Shown here: positions 48,289 through 57,572 of the stretch, piece after piece | Layout of the letters: each line of letters opens with the position of its first letter | How positions within the stretch are numbered: the stretch's first letter is position 1 | From: Candidatus Zhuqueibacterota bacterium | GTDB lineage: Bacteria; Zhuqueibacterota; Zhuqueibacteria; Thermofontimicrobiales; Thermofontimicrobiaceae | Assembly: GCA_049322915.1 (NCBI GenBank) | Contig: JBMOPW010000007.1 | Span: 64,001-128,000, forward strand | Direction: 5' to 3' | DNA: 64,000 nt | Notes under the pieces: model-generated | What the model was told of the DNA's origin: nothing | Seen by the model: only the letters and a program-made list of their open reading frames with translations | The model's database searches: none | Translations under genes and position numbers: made by a program

Positions 48289-49152
48289 CTATGGATTGAT
48301 GCGCGAGAAATCTGCAACCAGGTCTGCCGTCAATGTATCGCCTTCCCAGAGAATGGTGCCCTCGCGACCGAACATATTTGGGGTGTCCGGAAATTCGAAT
48401 TCAGCAATTCGTTTGAAATCGTAGGGAGAACCGCTCTCGCGCTTCCAGAACAACGCGACGTATTTGTGAAAGCTATTTCCGGTGACGTTCAATAAATACC
48501 GATATGGATGAAAACTTTTCTCGGTGATGGGAATCGTCAGGTCCCAGCCAAGCGCGAAAAGATAATCGATCGTTCGCTCCGGCTTCATGGGGAATGACGC
48601 CAGGATCATCATATCGGTATCATCAGGGAAATCCCCTTCATAGGTGATCTTGCCTTTGATGAAAGAACCGTAGCGAATCAGTCCAAAATCAGCTTCGATG
48701 TCGATTCCTGAAACGAACGTGTCGGTCTCTTTCAGCGTCACTTCGAGCGGGCGAAAAATATTCGGCTTGGTATAAACGCCCAGAATGTTCGAAATTGTCT
48801 CAAACGACCATTCTTCACCTTTTGGTTTCCAGAGAATGGCGATCACATCGTACGTCCCATAATTCAACGGTAATTGATATCGAACCGTATCCTCTGTGAA
48901 CGGCAGGGGCGAAGATTTGATAATATCAGTCCATTCATCCGGCGGAAAATCCGGCGCAACGACCACAATCACTTCCCCTGTCTTGTCGGTGGGCTGCCCC
49001 TCAAAATAGATATTGCCCTCAATCCAGGGCGATGGCTTCAGCCCGCCATCGCCTGCCATAGAAGTGAGGTCCACGCCAAGATCGCTGTCGCAGTTCAGAA
49101 CGACAACGATGAGCGCGATGAAAATGCCGAAGATGGAAAATCGTCTCTGCAT
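48289..49152 (-). CDS. Hypothetical lipoprotein with an internally duplicated beta domain
   Basis: Lipobox VLNC; two similar units starting IEGNIYFEG and IKGKITYEG. Confidence 0.7.
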   Translation of the reverse strand: MQRRFSIFGIFIALIVVVLNCDSDLGVDLTSMAGDGGLKPSPWIEGNIYFEGQPTDKTGEVIVVVAPDFPPDEWTDIIKSSPLPFTEDTVRYQLPLNYGTYDVIAILWKPKGEEWSFETISNILGVYTKPNIFRPLEVTLKETDTFVSGIDIEADFGLIRYGSFIKGKITYEGDFPDDTDMMILASFPMKPERTIDYLFALGWDLTIPITEKSFHPYRYLLNVTGNSFHKYVALFWKRESGSPYDFKRIAEFEFPDTPNMFGREGTILWEGDTLTADLVADFSRINP

Positions 49153-49165
49153 ACTGGGATTCCCG

Positions 49166-50875
49166 TCATTTCAACAGAATTGTTTTTACAGTGGCAAAAT
49201 GAGTTTCGGTTTGCAATTTGATAAAATAGACGCCTGATCCGGCCGATACACCAGAAGCGTTACGACCATCCCATTGAATCTGATGAGAACCGGCGTCGAA
49301 GTGTCGATCCACCAACGTGGTCACATAATTTCCGTTGATATTGAAAATGTCCACGACAACCCGTTCTCTGACTGGCAAATCAAACGAGATGGTAGTCAGC
49401 GCATTGAACGGATTGGGATAGGCTGGTAACAACCTGAATTGTTTCACAGACGGGCCATCTGATCCGTCCGCCACATCGGTACGAATTTGGTAATTGATGG
49501 ATAAAGCAACCGGCGTATTGAAATTATCGAACAGGGTCCAGGCGGAATCTGCCGGGAAATTGGCTTTCAACAGGAAAATATCGCTGACCGCTTCAATTTT
49601 GCTGGTTAATTTATCGCCCGTGAACATCACGCCATTATCCCCGATGGAAACATCGTCCCCTGTGCTCAACCCTGTGTGGGCCTGGTCTTTGGCGTCATTG
49701 TCAGAACTGTCCCAGTAATAGAGGCGCCACGAGTAATTTTCGCCGCCAAAATATCTAATGTCATTGAGTGAAAGAACCGAGCCGGGCGCCCCGGATACCA
49801 TCGTCCAGAAACTTTTCTTTCGACTCAGTGAGTCAACGACGCCATCGGTTTTGCCCTGACCGTCCATGACAATATTCTGATTGACATTCACCCGGCCGCT
49901 ATCGCCGCTGAAAAATTTCATTCCCCTGGCATTGTCACTGTAGTCATAAGAGAAACGCACATGTTCGGTTTTGGCCAGCGCATCATAGTCGATCAGGTCG
50001 ATTTTTTTTGAGACGCGGAAAATGTGTGAATAGAATCGGCTCGTAAAGGGAACTTTGAACGTGTTGAGCCCTTCCAGATTCAACGTGGTATGGAGCAATC
50101 GGATGACGCGAATGGGCCCCTTCTTTATTTCAATCGGCGGATAGGCATTTGCAGGATTGACATCTTTATACAAACTCGTATCGCTCCAGTCGTATGGTGC
50201 GAATAAAATTTTGCCGGAGTAGCGGAATTTGTTTCGATCGAGAATGTCCAAATAATAGCCGGGCGCGCTGGTTTTGATTTTCACGAGATCCAGATTCCCC
50301 TGGGCATCATGACCGATCTCATAATTTGAAGAACTCGCGCGGTCCAGATTCGCGTCGTAGTCGACGTAGACCTTTGTACTCTTCGGCAGATTGTTGGATG
50401 AGCGAAATAAATAGGCCCAGCCACGTTTATTGGCTCCGTTGTATGGGTCGGTGACGATAATTTGATAGCGTGGATTTTCTGAAGCGGAAATATCGTCGAT
50501 CCATTTTTTTGTGTCGGCCTGATCTCCCAGATCGCGGACCATGAAAACCAATTCATCGCGGTTATCAAAGAGCTGGTTTTGCTCGATACCAATGGGGAAA
50601 TAAGAGAGAGTGGAATCGACACCAATCTCGCGAAAATCCATTTCATCAACCTGGAACGGGATTGGTTCCCACTGGCCTGTCGCAGCCCGATAGGCATATA
50701 AATAAAGTTGATCGATGGGTACTTGTTCGGCCGTATACTGCGGGAAGTTTTCACCCTTCAATTGCACGTACTCGTAGTTACGATTTATGGTCTTCATATC
50801 GTTTGCCTGGAGCATGGCATTCATCGCGATGATGCTGATAAAGACCGTCAGGAAAATAGTCGTTCTTTTTTTCAT
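49166..50875 (-). CDS. Secreted protein with C-terminal FlgD-Ig/secretion-type domain
   Basis: Signal peptide; WEPIPFQVDE...DELVFM; C-terminal YPNPFN...WDGRNASG...SGVYFIKL. Confidence 0.8.
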   Translation of the reverse strand: MKKRTTIFLTVFISIIAMNAMLQANDMKTINRNYEYVQLKGENFPQYTAEQVPIDQLYLYAYRAATGQWEPIPFQVDEMDFREIGVDSTLSYFPIGIEQNQLFDNRDELVFMVRDLGDQADTKKWIDDISASENPRYQIIVTDPYNGANKRGWAYLFRSSNNLPKSTKVYVDYDANLDRASSSNYEIGHDAQGNLDLVKIKTSAPGYYLDILDRNKFRYSGKILFAPYDWSDTSLYKDVNPANAYPPIEIKKGPIRVIRLLHTTLNLEGLNTFKVPFTSRFYSHIFRVSKKIDLIDYDALAKTEHVRFSYDYSDNARGMKFFSGDSGRVNVNQNIVMDGQGKTDGVVDSLSRKKSFWTMVSGAPGSVLSLNDIRYFGGENYSWRLYYWDSSDNDAKDQAHTGLSTGDDVSIGDNGVMFTGDKLTSKIEAVSDIFLLKANFPADSAWTLFDNFNTPVALSINYQIRTDVADGSDGPSVKQFRLLPAYPNPFNALTTISFDLPVRERVVVDIFNINGNYVTTLVDRHFDAGSHQIQWDGRNASGVSAGSGVYFIKLQTETHFATVKTILLK

Positions 50876-51639
50876 GGTTCAATTCCTCGGAGTTAATGAA
50901 TAATTTTTGAGTTGTAATATATATTTTTTCCAATATAAAATCAATAACATTTTAAAAATTATCAATAAATGCCCATGTGTTGGGTGACGACTAACACACA
51001 ATGAAGAAATTGTAATCTAAAATGGATATGCTAATTTTCAATTCATGCAAGTTCTGTGAGAAGCGCAAAAGAACGATTGAGGTGTTGGTCAGATGAAATA
51101 AGGACTATTTTTGAATAGGGCAGAGGCGTCAGGGGTGATAGATGCTTTGGTAGTATTAATGATATCTCTCAGGCAAGAAGGAGGGAAAAATTATCTTACT
51201 TTTTTTTGAGTAGGACCCGGATGATCAGCCAAACTAAGGAGGATGCGTCGCACGGATGACGAGGATGTTCACAGTTTAAAAAATCGTTTCTGCTTTTTCC
51301 GCGAGGATCAGCGCGGAACGGCCGCCGATCTTTTAGGAGGATCATCTGTGACATCAGCGTTCTATTTCTTTTTTGGTTCTGGCTTATTCGGGTTAGGTTA
51401 TTTGTAGTGAAAAAACTGTCTGACTCGGCCATCCTTGATGGAACCAGGGAACGTTCTGCCATCTTTGTATCATTCAGAGCTTTTGAAAGGGCGTTTATTA
51501 TTTTATAACAGCCACCCGGTTCAAATGATCGCCTGGCAGGAACCTCATTTCCAATGAAGTAACCGCTTTTGAAAAACAGTCAGAGCATCTTTCTATTCAA
51601 CAAAAAAAACCGACTTGAAAATGCGGTCGGTTTTAATTG

Positions 51640-51700
51640 CTCCTGCGGTAGGACTTGAACCTACATCCCGAAGTTTCGGGATAACAGCCACCCGCTCTGC
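51640..51700 (-). pseudogene. tRNA-Asn pseudo-copy (3' part) with a palindrome in the anticodon arm
   Basis: Matches the tRNA except that GCCTAGTGGT is replaced by TCCCGAAGTTTCGGGA and the 5' end is missing. The terminator is duplicated with it (51602-51634). Confidence 0.85.
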
Positions 51701-51710
51701 ATTTTCCTCC

Positions 51711-51744
51711 AAAAAAAAACCGACTTGAAAATGCAGTCGGTTTT
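51711..51744 (-). terminator. Terminator downstream of tRNA-Asn
   Basis: Minus-strand AAAACCGACT...AGTCGGTTTTTTTTT hairpin. Confidence 0.75.
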
Positions 51745-51750
51745 CAATTG

Positions 51751-51823
51751 CTCCTGCGGTAGGACTTGAACCTACAGCCTAGTGGTTAACAGCCACCCGC
51801 TCTGCCGATTGAGCTACGCAGGA
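51751..51823 (-). tRNA. tRNA-Asn (GTT)
   Basis: TCCTGCGTAGCTCAATCGGCAGAGCGGGTGGCTGTTAACCACTAGGCTGTAGGTTCAAGTCCTACCGCAGGAG: 7-bp acceptor stem, D arm, GTT anticodon and TTCAA T-loop. CCA is not encoded. Confidence 0.95.
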
Positions 51824-51846
51824 ATAAAAATATAAAGCGATTTTGT

Positions 51847-51912
51847 ACTTGAACCTACATCCCGAAGTTACGGAATAATAACCATCCGCTCTGCCGATTG
51901 AGCTACGCAGGA
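51847..51912 (-). pseudogene. tRNA-Asn pseudo-copy (5' part) with the same palindrome insertion, more decayed
   Basis: Top strand ACTTGAACCTACA-TCCCGAAGTTACGGAA-TAATAACCATCCGCTCTGCCGATTGAGCTACGCAGGA; the 3' acceptor strand is missing. Confidence 0.85.
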
Positions 51913-51929
51913 ATCAAAAATCGAGCGCC

Positions 51930-51958
51930 AATATACAAATTATTTTTTTTATTGTCAA
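51930..51958 (-). promoter_or_regulatory. sigma70-type promoter of the tRNA locus
   Basis: TTGACA-N17-TATATT on the minus strand. Confidence 0.75.
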
Positions 51959-52017
51959 GGATTTTTTCCTGATTTTGCGTCGCCTGAATCCCGCGTCCCG
52001 ATGAGGGGAATTCACAT

Positions 52018-52191
52018 TTAACTGATGTCTTCCCTGGCGTTTTCAAGATAGCTGATCACCAGATCAATGTCGGCTTTTGGTATTTGCACTTTCTCGGTGA
52101 TGCGTTTCTGGCCCGTGGGATGGATCTGCTCGATGATTATTTCACCATCCGGTCCAACCTTGAGGAGTAGATTGTTTATCACTTTTATCAC
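52018..52191 (-). CDS. Small hypothetical protein (57 aa)
   Basis: GTG start preceded by AAGGAGGT; plausible globular composition. Confidence 0.55.
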   Translation of the reverse strand: MIKVINNLLLKVGPDGEIIIEQIHPTGQKRITEKVQIPKADIDLVISYLENAREDIS

Positions 52192-52211
52192 ACTGCACCT
52201 CCTTGTGCCAA

Positions 52212-52472
52212 TCACGTTTGTGACGGAGTGGATTCATTGGATCTTTGGTTCAAAAACAAACACATCGGACAATTGCAGTAGTTACGATTCCCATAGTGGA
52301 TAATGAAATCACAACCGATTGAATGCAATTGTTCGCACTCAAATAAATCCGTGTAACCGACTCTCTTGCTCGTGCCGTACAGACGATCGTGTAATGCCAA
52401 ACACTTGAAATGATGGGGACACTTAATCTGACTTTTTAGTTCTTCTAACTTTTGCTGATATAGTTCATCCAT
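52212..52472 (-). CDS. Small Cys-rich hypothetical protein
   Basis: GGAGGT RBS; MDELYQQK...CPHHFKC...FEC...CDF...YCNCPMC. Confidence 0.65.
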   Translation of the reverse strand: MDELYQQKLEELKSQIKCPHHFKCLALHDRLYGTSKRVGYTDLFECEQLHSIGCDFIIHYGNRNYCNCPMCLFLNQRSNESTPSQT

Positions 52473-53152
52473 GGGTTTACCTCCGAATACAAGATTTAAA
52501 CCCACTCTTCGTAAGATATACTGTCAATGATGCGAGGTTTGAGTTTTGAGTTGTCCCCCGATGTCTATCGAAATTCCCGTTTTACTGTTTAGCTGTAGAC
52601 AACTCCCAGGATTCGATTTGTCTGGATCCCTTCAATATAATATTTTCTTCAAATATGCCCATCTCAGTATAATGAATGAAATGGGTTGTGTCAAGGGAAA
52701 AATTAGTAATTTTAATAAATTTTCCATCGAGGCAAAAATTCGGACTGACATCTGCCACAGAATAAGTAATTAATTGATGCTATCGTATTTCTGAGAATTT
52801 GTATTTTTGAGAAAAGGTGGAGAGTAATCCGATGAAAACAGCTTTGTCAACTGATTGCTTCGCTTTTATCGACATTAATAAAATGCGCGAAAGATTTCTC
52901 CTTCACACCTTAACTCCGAACAGCAGCGCTGCTTCAAACAGAACGACTAGTGGATAATCTTCCATTGGTGCATATTGTGAAGGTTGGTTCACTTACGTGT
53001 CCCTATGAAATACCGGTAGCGAGCGGAGAATGGCTACGCACTGGATAGCCTTTGCCGATGATTATTGGTTGGATGAAAAAAATCGCTTGCTCACTTCACT
53101 CGTAGCCATTGGAATGTGGGTCGGAGTGAAGCTGATTCAGAACAGGTCGATG

Positions 53153-53377
53153 TTAAAAAATACTGCGCACCAGCAGTAAAACGCCCAGTAGCACTAACGG
53201 AATTCCTACGGGCGCAGCGATTACGGTGAAAATCAGAATAGCTCCGATTATTGTCAGTACCAGCCCGATGATACAGGCGACGAGTCGGCCTGTCATGGTG
53301 AAAATTGCAGTCAATAAATCTGCGAAGATTTTGAATGGCCAGAGAATCCACGGCGTCCTGGCTTGATTGGGCTCCAT
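53153..53377 (-). CDS. Small membrane protein
   Basis: GAGGT RBS; two hydrophobic helices (FTVIAAPVGIPLVLLG). Confidence 0.65.
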   Translation of the reverse strand: MEPNQARTPWILWPFKIFADLLTAIFTMTGRLVACIIGLVLTIIGAILIFTVIAAPVGIPLVLLGVLLLVRSIF

Positions 53378-53644
53378 TTTTTTACCTCTGATTTAGATTT
53401 CGCTGGATGAAGATTGGCTGATGAATAGTCATTGAATTCAGATGAAAATACGGGAATCACTTTTAAAAGTTGCCTTGATCTTTTCACACGAAAAACATAA
53501 AAAAAAACTATGAATTTTCTTCTCAAGTTATTATATTGGGACGCTCATTTTTTCAAAAAAACAAGAGTCACATGTCCGGTGTTCGCGGATTCAATCATGG
53601 GAGAGAATGAAGAGTGCGTACTCAGAATTCATGGAGTTGATATT

Positions 53645-54673
53645 ATGAATGAAATGAATGGGCCAGCAGGTCCGATAAAGTCGACGGAGGAACTGGTTGC
53701 ACAGATGACGACTCCGTCCCAATCTGTCCGGGATGCCGTTTCAGCGATTGGTCGGAAGGTGATGATTTTGGGCGTCGGCGGAAAGATGGGACCCAGCCTG
53801 GCCGAGTTAATTGTCAAAGCCGGCGGCGCTGTCATCGGCGTGGATGTTTTTCCCGATGCCGGAGTGAAGTCCTATCTGGATAAAGTGGGGGTGACGACGA
53901 TTCAGATGGACCTGTTCGATTCCGCAGAATTGGCGCGCCTGCCGGAGATGGAACATGTCATCATCATGGCCGGGACGAAATTTGGCTCGTCAGAAAATAC
54001 ACAATTCACCTGGGCCATGAATTCCTACCTGCCCGGCAAAATAATGGAGAATTTCACCCGCTCAAAAGTCATTTACATTTCATCCGGCAATGTGTATAAA
54101 TTTACATCCGTTGAATCGAACGGGGCGACTGAAATTTCCGATGTCGAACCGATAGGGGAATATGCCATGTCGCGTCTGGGCGGCGAGCGCATTGTGGAAT
54201 ACCAGGCGCGCCGGCATGCCATCCCGTCCTGCATCATCCGATTGTTTTACGCAACGGAATTGCGCTACGGAGTCATTCACGACATCGCCGTGAAGGTTAA
54301 AAACGGTGAGACTCTGGATGTGAGCATGGGGCATTTCAATCAGATCTGGCAGGGAGACGCCAATGCCTATATCGTGAAAGCATTTTCGCTGTGCCAGACG
54401 CCGGCAAAAGTGATCAACCTGACCGGGCCGGATGTGCTTTCGGTTCGCGATATCGCCACTCGGTTGGGACAACTCATGGGGATGACGCCGAAATTCCGGG
54501 GAACGGAGAGTCCCACCGCCTTGTTGGGCGATGCTTCAGAGATGGCGGCGACGTTCGGCAAACCCGCCATTTCTCCGGATCAGATCATGGAATGGGTCGC
54601 CTGGTGGGTACAACATGACGGCGAAAGCCTGGGCAAACCTACCAAATTCGAGAAACGAAACGGAAAGTTTTGA
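53645..54673 (+). CDS. NAD-dependent epimerase/dehydratase family protein
   Basis: ILGVGGKMG, MAGTKFG, SSGNVY, GEYAMSRLGGE. Confidence 0.85.
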   Translation: MNEMNGPAGPIKSTEELVAQMTTPSQSVRDAVSAIGRKVMILGVGGKMGPSLAELIVKAGGAVIGVDVFPDAGVKSYLDKVGVTTIQMDLFDSAELARLPEMEHVIIMAGTKFGSSENTQFTWAMNSYLPGKIMENFTRSKVIYISSGNVYKFTSVESNGATEISDVEPIGEYAMSRLGGERIVEYQARRHAIPSCIIRLFYATELRYGVIHDIAVKVKNGETLDVSMGHFNQIWQGDANAYIVKAFSLCQTPAKVINLTGPDVLSVRDIATRLGQLMGMTPKFRGTESPTALLGDASEMAATFGKPAISPDQIMEWVAWWVQHDGESLGKPTKFEKRNGKF

Positions 54674-54699
54674 ACCGGATTTCAGCATAGGAATGTAGC

Positions 54700-55758
54700 A
54701 TGAAGAGAATCAAAGTTGCAATTGTCGGACTGCGCCATCTGCACCCGCGGTCGTACATGGCTCATTTTGCTGTGATGCCCGAGATTGAAGTCGTTGCCGT
54801 CGCTGAGGGCGATAAATCGCTGCGCGCGCAATTCGCCGGGGAGTTCAATCTGCGCGACTATCCGAACTGGCGGGAACTGTTCGAAAACGAGTCGCTGGAT
54901 CTGGCTGCGATTTTCCTGCCGCATGTTGACTGCCCGGATGCGGCAAAGGCCGCGATTGAGAAGAATATTCATGTGCTCATTGAAAAACCGATGACAGCGG
55001 ATTCCGGGAGCGCGCGGCAGGTGGTCGATCTGGCCGATGAAAAGCAGATTAAAGTCACAACGCCTTACGTGTGGCGATATCATCCGGTGGTGAGGGAGAT
55101 AAAAGGACTGCTGGATTCAGGCGCGCTGGGCGAGATCATCGGTTGCACCGGCCGATGCGCCGCCGGCCGACTCCACCGCTACATCGATGGCCACGCTGAA
55201 TGGATGCTCGATGCGAAGAAAAGCGGGGGCGGCCCGATGTACAATCTGGGCGTGCACTGGATCGACCTGTTCCTCTGGCTGCTACAGGACAAAGTGATCG
55301 CCGTGTCCGGCAAGAATATGAAAATCAATGAGCATTACAATATCGAAGACAATTCGTTCTCCATTCTGACCTTCCGAAGCGGCGCGGTCCTGATGCTGGA
55401 TGTCTGCTACACCGTGCCGGCGTCGTTTCCTCATGGCCGGGATTTGTTCATCAGCATTCGCGGGACAAAGGGCGTTTTGAGCTGGGCCCCGGCGTATGAA
55501 GGCGAGAAGGACGAACTTTTCATTTGCAGCGATGCGGATGAATTCAGGGGAGCGCCGGTTCAGAGGCGCAGTTACGAAATGACGCCCGCCCCGGGCTACT
55601 CGGGAATCATGGGCTTGCTGTACCTCAAGGATGTGGCGCACTCCATTTTGAACAATACGCCTGCGCCGATTCCCGGCAGGGATGGGGTACTGGTTCTCGA
55701 AATTGTCGAGGCCATTTATCAATCATCGCTCGATGGCATTGTGGTCGAATTGTGGTAA
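54700..55758 (+). CDS. Gfo/Idh/MocA family oxidoreductase
   Basis: KVAIVG, HVLIEKPM, SGGGPMYNLGVHWID. Confidence 0.9.
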   Translation: MKRIKVAIVGLRHLHPRSYMAHFAVMPEIEVVAVAEGDKSLRAQFAGEFNLRDYPNWRELFENESLDLAAIFLPHVDCPDAAKAAIEKNIHVLIEKPMTADSGSARQVVDLADEKQIKVTTPYVWRYHPVVREIKGLLDSGALGEIIGCTGRCAAGRLHRYIDGHAEWMLDAKKSGGGPMYNLGVHWIDLFLWLLQDKVIAVSGKNMKINEHYNIEDNSFSILTFRSGAVLMLDVCYTVPASFPHGRDLFISIRGTKGVLSWAPAYEGEKDELFICSDADEFRGAPVQRRSYEMTPAPGYSGIMGLLYLKDVAHSILNNTPAPIPGRDGVLVLEIVEAIYQSSLDGIVVELW

Positions 55759-55881
55759 CGGATTCCCGACCCATCGCTCCAGCCGATGCGGTTCAGATTC
55801 AATTTTGACTGAGTGAAAATTCAAACTGACAGGAACGGTGCAGCAGAACAGGTAGTTACCGGTATCAAAAGGAGTGGAACC

Positions 55882-57486
55882 ATGAATGAAATAAAATACA
55901 TCGACTGCCACGCTTCTCTGGGCAAATGGGCGAACATGGATGCTGCTGCGCCGTTCACCGCGGAACGCATGCTGGCGGACATGGAGCGCTGCGGGATTCA
56001 CGGCGCGTTGGTCTATCACAATTTTGCCAAAGAGCTGCAACCCTCGGTGGGCAATGAAAAAATTTTGGAAATATGTCGACAGCATCCGCGGCTGATTCCC
56101 TGCTGGGTCACCCTGCCGGACGTGAGCGGTCAGGCGCCGGAGGGCTTACAATTTGTCCGCGATATGGAGGACAATGGCGTCAGGGCGGTGAAGCTGTTCC
56201 CCCGTCTGCATCGTTATGCGCTGGACAAGCGCACCATCGGTTCGCTGCTCAATCCATTGCAGGAAGCGGGAATTCCCGTGCTCATCGATTGTGGCATGTT
56301 TTTGCCTGAACTGGAGCAAATTCGCTGGGAAGAAATAGCGCCCCTGAGCACGGATTTCCCCTACCTGAACGTCATCCTTCACAATGTGCGCTGGGAGGCG
56401 ATTCGGTATTTTGTGCCGCTGCTGCGCGACTTCCCCCACTTGCATCTGGAGTTTTCCTCGTGTCAGGGTAACCGCTATTTCGAATTCCTGATTGAGAAAG
56501 TCGGATCCGATCAACTATTATTCGGAACGGCGATGATGCAAAAAAGTCCCGGGGCTGCAAAGGCTTTCGTCGACTATTCAGAAATGAGCGAGGACGACCG
56601 CAGGAAAATCGCCGGCGGAAATCTGATGCGACTGCTGAAACTGGACGCGGCGCCGGCGGATTATCCCGCCGTTGAAATTTCGGACAAAATTTTATGGAAG
56701 GCCAGAAACGCCGCGCCGATTGACGACATGGTTGTGATCGACTCCCACGCGCATTTCACTGAAAAGGGTCGCTACGACATCGTCGATGGGCTGATGGGCA
56801 AATCCGACGCCGCCGGTATGATCGAGCGGAACCAGCGCATCGGCGTGGCCATCACCTGCGCCAGCCCGTGGAATGGGATCGCTGGCCAATTCGAGTCCGG
56901 CAACGAGAGCACGAAACAGGCCATCCGGGATTTCCCGCAGCGATTCATCGGCTACGCCACATTCGATCCGCGATTTGTGACCGATTGGCCAGGGGAATTG
57001 AAACGCTGCTACGAGGACTACGGGATGAAAGGCATGAAACCCTATTATCCGCGCAACGGCGTTCCGTACAATGATCCCTTGTATGAACCCTGGTTTCGAT
57101 ACGGGAACGACCATCATCTGTTCGCGCTGATGCACATGTCCGACAGGTTCATTCGGGAAATGGAAGATTTGGCGCCGAAGTACCCGGAAATATCGTTCAT
57201 TTTAGCCCATTCCGGTTGGACCTGGAAAGTCGCCCGCGAACATAGCACGCTGGCGAAGAAGTATAAAAATGTGTTCTGCGAAATTACATTCACTGCGGTC
57301 ACGAACGGCATCATCGAATATCTGGTTCAGGAAGTCGGTTCCGCGAAGGTGCTTTACGGTTCCGACACCGTCATGCGCGATCCCATCCCGCAGTTCGGTT
57401 GGGTTGTCTACGCTGATATGCCCGAGGAAGATAAGCGCAATATCCTGGGCCGGAACATGCAGAAGATCATCGACCGCTGTTTGTAA
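55882..57486 (+). CDS. Tandem two-domain amidohydrolase (Amidohydro_2 x2)
   Basis: Domain 1 IDCHAS...LLFGTA...GGNLMRLL; domain 2 IDSHAH...ILAHSG...VLYGSD...LGRNMQKI. Confidence 0.85.
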   Translation: MNEIKYIDCHASLGKWANMDAAAPFTAERMLADMERCGIHGALVYHNFAKELQPSVGNEKILEICRQHPRLIPCWVTLPDVSGQAPEGLQFVRDMEDNGVRAVKLFPRLHRYALDKRTIGSLLNPLQEAGIPVLIDCGMFLPELEQIRWEEIAPLSTDFPYLNVILHNVRWEAIRYFVPLLRDFPHLHLEFSSCQGNRYFEFLIEKVGSDQLLFGTAMMQKSPGAAKAFVDYSEMSEDDRRKIAGGNLMRLLKLDAAPADYPAVEISDKILWKARNAAPIDDMVVIDSHAHFTEKGRYDIVDGLMGKSDAAGMIERNQRIGVAITCASPWNGIAGQFESGNESTKQAIRDFPQRFIGYATFDPRFVTDWPGELKRCYEDYGMKGMKPYYPRNGVPYNDPLYEPWFRYGNDHHLFALMHMSDRFIREMEDLAPKYPEISFILAHSGWTWKVAREHSTLAKKYKNVFCEITFTAVTNGIIEYLVQEVGSAKVLYGSDTVMRDPIPQFGWVVYADMPEEDKRNILGRNMQKIIDRCL

Positions 57487-57572
57487 CCGAGCGCGAAGCA
57501 CGAGGCAGCACCACTCGACTAATGGTATGAAGTGTGTCCTGAACTTATTCAGCTTGAAAAGGAGTGAGAATC

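Noticed and set aside
51196..51462. 88-aa minus-strand ORF downstream of the tRNA locus
   Set aside because: No RBS, motif or typical composition.
51601..51912. Repeats at the tRNA locus as a CRISPR array or prophage att site
   Set aside because: The repeats are tRNA- and terminator-derived without unique spacers, and no cas, integrase or phage genes occur in the window.
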